Position numbers and translations under genes: made by a program
The notes under the pieces: generated by a model
The model's database searches: none
What the model was told of the DNA's origin: nothing
The model's input: only the letters and a program-made list of their open reading frames with translations
NCBI GenBank assembly: GCA_039714075.1
Contig: JBDLKA010000051.1
Span: forward strand, 1 to 24,099
Direction: 5' to 3'
DNA: 24,099 nucleotides
From: Candidatus Krumholzibacteriota bacterium
Lineage (GTDB): Bacteria; Krumholzibacteriota; Krumholzibacteriia; LZORAL124-64-63
In this document: positions 17,942 to 24,099 of the stretch, piece by piece
Layout of the letters: each line of letters starts with the position of its first letter
How positions within the stretch are numbered: the stretch's first letter is position 1

Positions 17942-17977
17942 AAAAAGGAGGGCCCGGTATGGATCTACCGGGCCCCC
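17942..17977 (-). terminator. Rho-independent terminator after the propeller gene
   Basis: Minus strand GGGGGCCCGGTA-GATCCA-TACCGGGCCCTC then CTTTTT: 12-bp stem with one G-U pair and a U tract. Confidence 0.85.
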
Positions 17978-18019
17978 GGTGGGACTTGCCTCGCTGGCGG
18001 ATTGGGCGACTGCCGAACC

Positions 18020-20428
18020 CTAGCGGATAACCACCAGGCGGCCCCAGTAGTCATCCATCTCGGGAATCTCCACCTTGTAGATGTATATGCCCGAAACGAT
18101 CGACTCGCCCGAACTGTTCCGGGTATCCCAGTGCATGTTGCCGGCCTGGATAATATCAGGCTCGAGGTCGATGATCCTGTCTCCGGCGGACGTGAAAACC
18201 AGGATCTTCGAACCCGTGGGGATATTCCTGAAGGTGACCGTTCCGCCTTCGTCCCGCGGGAAGCCGGCTCCCTGACGCACGGGATTGGGGAATACGTAGA
18301 TCTCCTCGAGGCCTTCCTCACCGACGATGAGCGGCTCGTTGATCTGGATCGGTGTCTGGTTGCCCGGGCCCGGGAAGGGTGAAATCCCGCCCTGCCCGAC
18401 CAGATCGCCTTCGAAGCGCGGAGAGAAGACCATGTCGTTGGTATTGTTCTCCGGGGTTGCCAGTGCCGTGTTCCCGTAATCGAAGCTGGTCACGGCGTAA
18501 TTGTAGGTGAACCCGTTGTAGATCTCCTCGTCGAAGAAACGGATCGTGTCGGGGTTGTCCACGTTGAAACAGGCCGCCCTTTTGGCCTCGAAGCAATTGG
18601 GCACGGGTTCGATGTTGAGATCGCCGCAATACCCCTCGAAGCAGTCTTCGGGGTTCACCCGGTCGAACAAACCCAGCAGGGTCATGTCCTGGGGACGGTG
18701 GCTCGGTCCCCGCCAGACCGCCCAGCCCTGGAAGGTTTGGCAAACCAGGTCGAACTCGTCCCCGGCCATGAATTGACCGGCGGAAAAAGTGATGCTCAAC
18801 CCCAAATCCATATCACGCAGTTCCGGGGAGGTGATCGAGGTATAGGTGGCGGTCAGAGGCAGGGAATTTCCTGGAATGTATGTCCCTCCGCCCCAGGATC
18901 CCATGATCATATCGCCACTGCCGTCGGCGGCACCAACGATGAAGAACCCCTTGGAGATCATCGGCTGGGAAGAAAAGTGTTCCCAGGTGGCGCCGGAATC
19001 GGAGCTGTGCAACAGGGCGTAACCATCTTCCAGAACGAACAGGCTGCCCGGGGTTCCGGGTTGGCGGGTCATGTCCAGGTCCAGGATCTTGGCCCTGTTT
19101 TCCGGCTGGACGGAATCCCCGACCAGAACCCAGGTGGCGCCGCCGTCGGTGGTCCGGAAAAGTCCCTTTTGCTTGATGCCCATGACCAACGTCTGGTCGG
19201 AGACATCGTCATATTGACAATCCAGGGCGGAGTTGACCCAGGCACCGGAAATATCCGGATCCGGATCCGGAACCAGGAGATCCCCGTAAAGATCATTCCA
19301 GGTCACTCCCCCGTCCGTGCTTTCGTAGACCCCGTGGAACTGAAGGGATGCCGCTATCCTGTCGGGGTTGGTCGGGTGGAAGCTCAGGGAGTTAATGACC
19401 GGCATTATCATGGTCCGGTCCGGAAGGGGAACATCCAGGGTCTCGGGAACTTCAAAATCCGAACGGGTAAAACTGGCGCCGTTGTCCTGGGAGATGAAGA
19501 GACCGAAATTGTTGATGAACACAAAAACCCGGTTTCCGGACCACTCGACCAAATTGACATGGAAATTCGTCGGCATATCCGGGTAGGCGGGATCCAGCTG
19601 CATCGTCCATTGGTCGAAGGTCAGGCCTCCGTCCGTGGTGATGTACAAACCGTCACGCGCCGTGCCCACGGCAAACATGTCATTGTCGGCAGGGGAAACG
19701 GCGACCCCGGTAATCAGCTTGGTCTTGTCGAAGATGACCTGGTCGGCAATGTCCGGATCCTCTTCCCAGGCGATCCGGGTCCATGCGGAACCATCAAAGG
19801 TAAACAGCCCGGCCGGATCCGATTCCGCGGTCACGCCGCGGGTAAAGCCGGCGACCATGAACCCTCCGGATCCCGTGGCCAGCCCCACGGTGTTGGTCTT
19901 GAGCCAGTACATCGGCAACTGGTTGTTCACCTGGGACCAGCCGGTGCCGGCGTTGTGCCGCCAGATGCCCCCGTTGTTGGCCAGGTTGATCTGGCCACCG
20001 ACAGTGCCGTAGGTGGTCGGACCGGAATTCTGCCAGGTCACGATGATATTATCCGGCTGCAGGCCCCCGATGGCGCCCTCGTCGTTGTCCTTCGAATCGA
20101 AATTGAATTGCCGGTCCACCCGGTCCCCGAATCCACCGGTCACATTCACTTCGAATCCCAGCCCCTCGGTATTCTTGAGGCTGAAGCAGGTGGCCTGGGC
20201 AAGGTCCATGTTGGGCCAGGAGATCGTCAACCCCTTCCTGCCGGTCGTCTCCAGGCGGAGATCCAGCATCTCGGGGGAAATCAGGTAGAGGGAATCCGCG
20301 GCACAGGCTTCATCCGGAGTCTGCGCACCGGCAACCCCGGCTTGAAGCAGCAGAATGCCGGTAATCAAGAACAAGGCCGACATCCCGGCTGCTGATGACA
20401 ATCTCTCCAAAGCGCTTCCAGCGTTCAT
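18020..20428 (-). CDS. Secreted BNR/Asp-box beta-propeller protein with FN3-like module and T9SS type-A-like C-terminal sorting domain
   Basis: Signal peptide ending AGA-Q. Five Asp-boxes (TTDGGLTF, SQDNGASF, STDGGVTW, TTDGGATW, SSDSGATW). YNGFTYNYAVTSFD. C-terminal IYVFPNP..WDTRNSSGESIVSGIYIYKV..GRLVVIR. Confidence 0.88.
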   Translation of the reverse strand: MNAGSALERLSSAAGMSALFLITGILLLQAGVAGAQTPDEACAADSLYLISPEMLDLRLETTGRKGLTISWPNMDLAQATCFSLKNTEGLGFEVNVTGGFGDRVDRQFNFDSKDNDEGAIGGLQPDNIIVTWQNSGPTTYGTVGGQINLANNGGIWRHNAGTGWSQVNNQLPMYWLKTNTVGLATGSGGFMVAGFTRGVTAESDPAGLFTFDGSAWTRIAWEEDPDIADQVIFDKTKLITGVAVSPADNDMFAVGTARDGLYITTDGGLTFDQWTMQLDPAYPDMPTNFHVNLVEWSGNRVFVFINNFGLFISQDNGASFTRSDFEVPETLDVPLPDRTMIMPVINSLSFHPTNPDRIAASLQFHGVYESTDGGVTWNDLYGDLLVPDPDPDISGAWVNSALDCQYDDVSDQTLVMGIKQKGLFRTTDGGATWVLVGDSVQPENRAKILDLDMTRQPGTPGSLFVLEDGYALLHSSDSGATWEHFSSQPMISKGFFIVGAADGSGDMIMGSWGGGTYIPGNSLPLTATYTSITSPELRDMDLGLSITFSAGQFMAGDEFDLVCQTFQGWAVWRGPSHRPQDMTLLGLFDRVNPEDCFEGYCGDLNIEPVPNCFEAKRAACFNVDNPDTIRFFDEEIYNGFTYNYAVTSFDYGNTALATPENNTNDMVFSPRFEGDLVGQGGISPFPGPGNQTPIQINEPLIVGEEGLEEIYVFPNPVRQGAGFPRDEGGTVTFRNIPTGSKILVFTSAGDRIIDLEPDIIQAGNMHWDTRNSSGESIVSGIYIYKVEIPEMDDYWGRLVVIR

Positions 20429-20468
20429 TCAATCCTGCCTTTCCCGCACAGGCTTCAATCTCATGAGG

Positions 20469-20505
20469 TCCCGTGGCCGGCCGCTCTTGCACGGCCGGCC
20501 GGGGA
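20469..20505. repeat. GC-rich intergenic inverted repeat (hairpin without U tract)
   Basis: GGCCGGCCG (20475-20483), 8-nt loop, CGGCCGGCC (20492-20500), extendable by TCCC/GGGA. Confidence 0.6.
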
Positions 20506-20512
20506 TCGGGAG

Positions 20513-22996
20513 CTAGGGATTAATCGAAAGACCGAAGTACTGCAACACCCAGCGGATGGCTGTCTTCGAATCCTCCTCGTCAAAACGGTAGGGATCGAAA
20601 CCCCAGTATACATCGGCCCGGCGAACCGGCTTGTCCTCGATCATCTTGTAGGACATGAACCCGTAGGTCAGTCCGTTGGTGGTGGAACTGGATCGATCCC
20701 GGCCCTCGTAGCTGGTCAAGCCGAAAGCCCCGCAGCCCTGGGTCAGGTCATAATCGATGTAGGTGCTTTGAGGCCATTCCATATCACCTTTCGCATAGAA
20801 AATTTCCCGCATCCAGTCCATCCGGGAAATACCGCGGAACATGGGTTCGACACAAAGGCCGTCCGGAGCCTCCAAGGCCTCACATTCGTGGAGGATAACG
20901 GGTTCCGCGCGGGAACTGATGTTCACATCGTAGAACTCGTCGTTCCGGAAAGGGAAGCTCCCATTGAACAGGCCCAGGGTATCGCCACGGGCGTTGGCCT
21001 CGTCCGGCCAGTCGATGATCTTGTTGGTCAGCATGGTGTCGGCAACGACCCCGGGGCCGATGCCGTGATTGGTCTTGAATATCGGGTCGAGAGTCACGGC
21101 CTTCAAACCGACACAATCGGATTTCCGTTGGAACTTGGAAGTGATGTTCTCGCCGTAGATGGTCTTGGTGTTGGACGAAGTCCAGTCGAGGGCGGCAATG
21201 CCGGCGGTGGCGTAGGGATACATCCTGGGCCCGCGCTGGACAAAGGTGCCGTCCGGTTGTTCCGCAAACCCGAACCCGGTGATGTAAGTGTTCCCGTCCA
21301 CACTGAAGAACTGTTGGCGCGAATCGAAGATTATCGGCACCATGTAGTTGGGGAAGCTCTCGATGAAGGACTCCATGCTGCTTCCGCCCACCAGGAAGAA
21401 ATTGCCTCCGCGACGCTGGTAGGGCGTCACCCAGACGAACTGGTCCACCCCGCTGCGGGGACGGAAGTCGCTGAACATCAGCTGCTGATCACTGGACTGG
21501 GCATAACAGAGGACCGCCTTGTATTGCACCAGATCCCGGAAGCCCACCTCCTTGGTATGCGGACTCCAGTCCCTTTCCCAGTTCATGCCGGCGACCCCGC
21601 CGGCTCCCTCGGCGAGAAAGTGCCAATAGGCATCGCGGTAGACCTCGGAGTTCCGGGGCCGGCCGGCCTCGTCAAGCCAGTTGTTGGTCAGGTTGGCCGG
21701 ATCGATCACCTCATCGATCAGGAACAGTTCGAACTGGCTGTCCCTGGAAACGAAGGGAATGACATCCAGGGTATAGGTGATGAGGCGCACCTGCTGGGAA
21801 TCGTCCTCGACACGCAGGAAGAAAACATGGTTTCCCTCATCGAAGGACTGTTCGGCGGCAAACAGGTTCTGCTTGGACAGACCCGGGGGAACCGCCCAGC
21901 CCGGATCGCTGGGATCCTCGGGATCGACAAGATCCCAGCCGTGCCTGTAGGACGTGATTTCCCCGTTGTAGGATTCCGCGGTGGCGGTCCAACTGAAATT
22001 CAGGGGCTGACCACCGGCGATTGGTTCATAGTTCTGTGAGGAATTCGTCGAACCCAGGAACGGTTCGACCAGCGTCACGGCCGGGAAAAAACCGCCTCTG
22101 GTAATCCTGAAGTTGCCCACTTCTATCTGGTAACCATGGCCGACACTGACGGCCCCGGCGGTATCCCGGACCTGGAGGGCAAAAAGGAAATACTCCAGGT
22201 TCGGTTGGTTGGGAAACTGGACCCGGCGTTCGAATTCCGTAGACGCGTAACCACGCCACTCGGACCACTCTGGATCATCGAAATTAATGACCTTGTCCCA
22301 ATGCAGGTCGTATTCGAACGGGGTCCGGATATACCGGGGAATACCGTCAGCGGTGGTGTCGTACTGGGCCGACTTCCACAGGTAGCGCACCTGGGTGGGA
22401 ACTTTCAGGTCGAAATCCGAGTCGACTCCCAGCCAGCCAATGTTGACCGAGGGCGGAACATTCTTCGAACCCCGGTTGCCCAGATTGGGATAGACGACGC
22501 GGCAGGTGGGCACGATGGTCGTGGAAGTGAAAGAGATGTAGGCGGGAGTGGGATCAACGGCGCCCTTGTCATCCACCGCGCGGATGAACACGGAATGCGT
22601 GCGGTAGCTCCTGGGCCGCGAGTGGTCGTCACCCGGGAAATCCGGCTGGTCGGCCAGGACCAGGAATGTGGTATCGTTGGCCGCGGTAAACCGCCAGGGG
22701 TGCAATACCGCCCCCGTCAGCGGATCGACGGTCAAGGTATCCCGCGGGCTGATTCCGTCAGGGCCGTTGTTGCTGATCTTCCACTCATAACCCACGATCC
22801 GGCCGTCGGGATCCGATCCTGTCCAGTTCAGGTCAACCGCGAAACCCGCTTCGAGCAGGGTGGGCGGCTGGCCGGTGATCCGGGTGTCGGGCCGACCGTT
22901 GGGCAGTTTCACCCCGCCCAGGTCGGTGTTCGTGGAACAGCCTGCGGCAAAAACCACCAGGGCGGTCGCCAGAGCAACAGAAATACGCCTGATCAT
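20513..22996 (-). CDS. Large lipoprotein with three Ig/FN3-like repeats and a C-terminal alpha/beta domain
   Basis: Start ATG 22996 with AGGAGA RBS. Lipobox FAAG-C20 followed by Ser. Repeat motifs WTGSDPDGRIVGY..FIRAVDDKGAVDPTPA, WLGVDSD..LQVRDTAGAV, FSWTA..FFLRVEDD. Confidence 0.85.
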   Translation of the reverse strand: MIRRISVALATALVVFAAGCSTNTDLGGVKLPNGRPDTRITGQPPTLLEAGFAVDLNWTGSDPDGRIVGYEWKISNNGPDGISPRDTLTVDPLTGAVLHPWRFTAANDTTFLVLADQPDFPGDDHSRPRSYRTHSVFIRAVDDKGAVDPTPAYISFTSTTIVPTCRVVYPNLGNRGSKNVPPSVNIGWLGVDSDFDLKVPTQVRYLWKSAQYDTTADGIPRYIRTPFEYDLHWDKVINFDDPEWSEWRGYASTEFERRVQFPNQPNLEYFLFALQVRDTAGAVSVGHGYQIEVGNFRITRGGFFPAVTLVEPFLGSTNSSQNYEPIAGGQPLNFSWTATAESYNGEITSYRHGWDLVDPEDPSDPGWAVPPGLSKQNLFAAEQSFDEGNHVFFLRVEDDSQQVRLITYTLDVIPFVSRDSQFELFLIDEVIDPANLTNNWLDEAGRPRNSEVYRDAYWHFLAEGAGGVAGMNWERDWSPHTKEVGFRDLVQYKAVLCYAQSSDQQLMFSDFRPRSGVDQFVWVTPYQRRGGNFFLVGGSSMESFIESFPNYMVPIIFDSRQQFFSVDGNTYITGFGFAEQPDGTFVQRGPRMYPYATAGIAALDWTSSNTKTIYGENITSKFQRKSDCVGLKAVTLDPIFKTNHGIGPGVVADTMLTNKIIDWPDEANARGDTLGLFNGSFPFRNDEFYDVNISSRAEPVILHECEALEAPDGLCVEPMFRGISRMDWMREIFYAKGDMEWPQSTYIDYDLTQGCGAFGLTSYEGRDRSSSTTNGLTYGFMSYKMIEDKPVRRADVYWGFDPYRFDEEDSKTAIRWVLQYFGLSINP

Positions 22997-23019
22997 TGAG
23001 AATCTCCTAGGTCCACTGG

Positions 23020-24099
23020 TCACTCTTCAATCCAACCCGATCCATAGCATTCGAAATCACCGGTCAGGGTTTCGACGACGATCCTGAAATACTGCTTAAC
23101 AGGAATGCCCCCCAGACTCTCCATGGCCCCTGGTGAAATATCCAACGCCATCTGGACATCCATGCCGGGATAGTCCTCCAGGTGGCAGTCACGCCATGTC
23201 TGGTCCGGAGCGAGTTCAGCCACCGAAGGCCGGACATGACGGAAGAAGTTGTAGGTGGCCGGACGCGTGGGGAGGAAATTGCACTGCGTCTGGTCAAGAG
23301 CCACCGCCTGGACACGCCCCTTGCCGAATTGCTTGGTGGTGGCCTCGAAGACCATGTCCCGGGCCTCCGGGTCCTCGATATGCTTGACGAGCAGCATGTA
23401 GATGTCCTTGTAGTTGTCCGGCCCCATGGTCATGAGGGCCGAGGGCACCGCCACCTGTACGGATATCTTCCACAGACCGGTCGCGGGATCAATGGTCAGC
23501 CCCTCACGGCTCAGTCGCCGGCCCCAGGTGGGCTGCTTGAGGTCATCATTGCCCCCCCCATCCAGAATCTGGTTGAATTCATCGCAACCATTTTCCACCA
23601 CGTAGGAGAAACCCATGATACGCCGGTCCTTGCGTTCCCAGCGTTCCCGGATGTCATCCAGACCGTGCAACAGGACTTCCATCTGGAATAGACGGACATC
23701 GATCTCGTAATTCTTCTCTCCACCCTGCCCGGGATCCAGCACCACCCGCGTAAAACCGGTGGCCTTGTCCACCAGCATGAAGGCCGCGTCACCCTTCTGG
23801 AGTTCATCAGGGGCTCCGGTGGGATTGTTGACCGCACGCAGAACCGTGGTGTCGCCGAAACAGGGGTGAGCCGCGATATTCAGGGTGTCTTCGACACATT
23901 CGAGGGTCTCGTCGAAAGCCGAAGGTGTCGATGATGTCGGCAGCACCTCGATACACTGGATACAGGGCGGATACCCCACATGGAAACTCAGGTTGGCAGG
24001 TGACCCGTCCTTGCGGCCATGCTCGTCGACGGCCTGCATGTTGATGGTGAACTCGGACCGGGGTCCGGTCAAGAAGCCCAGGGTGTCCGCGTACCAGCA
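23020..24099 (-). CDS. Hypothetical envelope protein, 5' truncated, probably related to the downstream lipoprotein
   Basis: Frame is open to the window edge (CWYADTLGFLTGPR...). INMQAVDEHGRKDGSPANLSF resembles FIRAVDDKGAVDPTPAYISF of the neighbour. Cys-rich. Confidence 0.75.
   Translation of the reverse strand, partial: CWYADTLGFLTGPRSEFTINMQAVDEHGRKDGSPANLSFHVGYPPCIQCIEVLPTSSTPSAFDETLECVEDTLNIAAHPCFGDTTVLRAVNNPTGAPDELQKGDAAFMLVDKATGFTRVVLDPGQGGEKNYEIDVRLFQMEVLLHGLDDIRERWERKDRRIMGFSYVVENGCDEFNQILDGGGNDDLKQPTWGRRLSREGLTIDPATGLWKISVQVAVPSALMTMGPDNYKDIYMLLVKHIEDPEARDMVFEATTKQFGKGRVQAVALDQTQCNFLPTRPATYNFFRHVRPSVAELAPDQTWRDCHLEDYPGMDVQMALDISPGAMESLGGIPVKQYFRIVVETLTGDFECYGSGWIEE

Noticed and set aside
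17890..17942. Plus-strand GAAA...CGCAAAGCC resembling a c-di-GMP-I (GEMM) riboswitch
   Set aside because: Wrong strand for ppdK, no plus-strand gene downstream, poor P2 pairing, and the GGCAAAC and GACGCAAA elements are not matched.
19253..19270. Short tandem ATCCGG repeat
   Set aside because: Encodes an in-frame PDPDPD loop; too short to indicate a VNTR or phase variation.
1..24099. CRISPR arrays, tRNA/rRNA genes, IS elements, integrases, defence systems
   Set aside because: No spaced direct repeats, cloverleaf signatures, or transposase, nuclease or RT motifs seen; the window is almost fully coding.

Overview
A GC-rich bacterial chromosome segment with every credible gene on the minus strand. 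Type IX secretion (T9SS) type-A/FlgD-like C-terminal sorting domains, predicted outer-membrane beta-barrels and large Ig-repeat lipoproteins suggest an FCB-group diderm, possibly a candidate lineage such as Krumholzibacteriota or Latescibacterota (inference). In transcription order (right to left): two related envelope proteins (one truncated at the window edge, one a lipoprotein), a secreted BNR/Asp-box beta-propeller protein with a sorting domain, an intrinsic terminator, ppdK, a vWA membrane protein, a translationally coupled trio (lamin-tail/sorting-domain protein, small barrel, large barrel with a possibly vestigial ComEA-like motif), a hypothetical protein behind a perfect sigma-28 consensus promoter, and a metabolic run: aminotransferase, carbamate kinase, purD, purE, tsaC, YwlE-type phosphatase, rpiB, glyA (truncated). 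I found no RNA genes, mobile elements or CRISPR arrays. The best candidates for undescribed biology are the coupled trio, the nested domain architecture of the propeller protein with its upstream partners, and the sigma-28-driven hypothetical gene. All family assignments come from motif recognition, not database searches.
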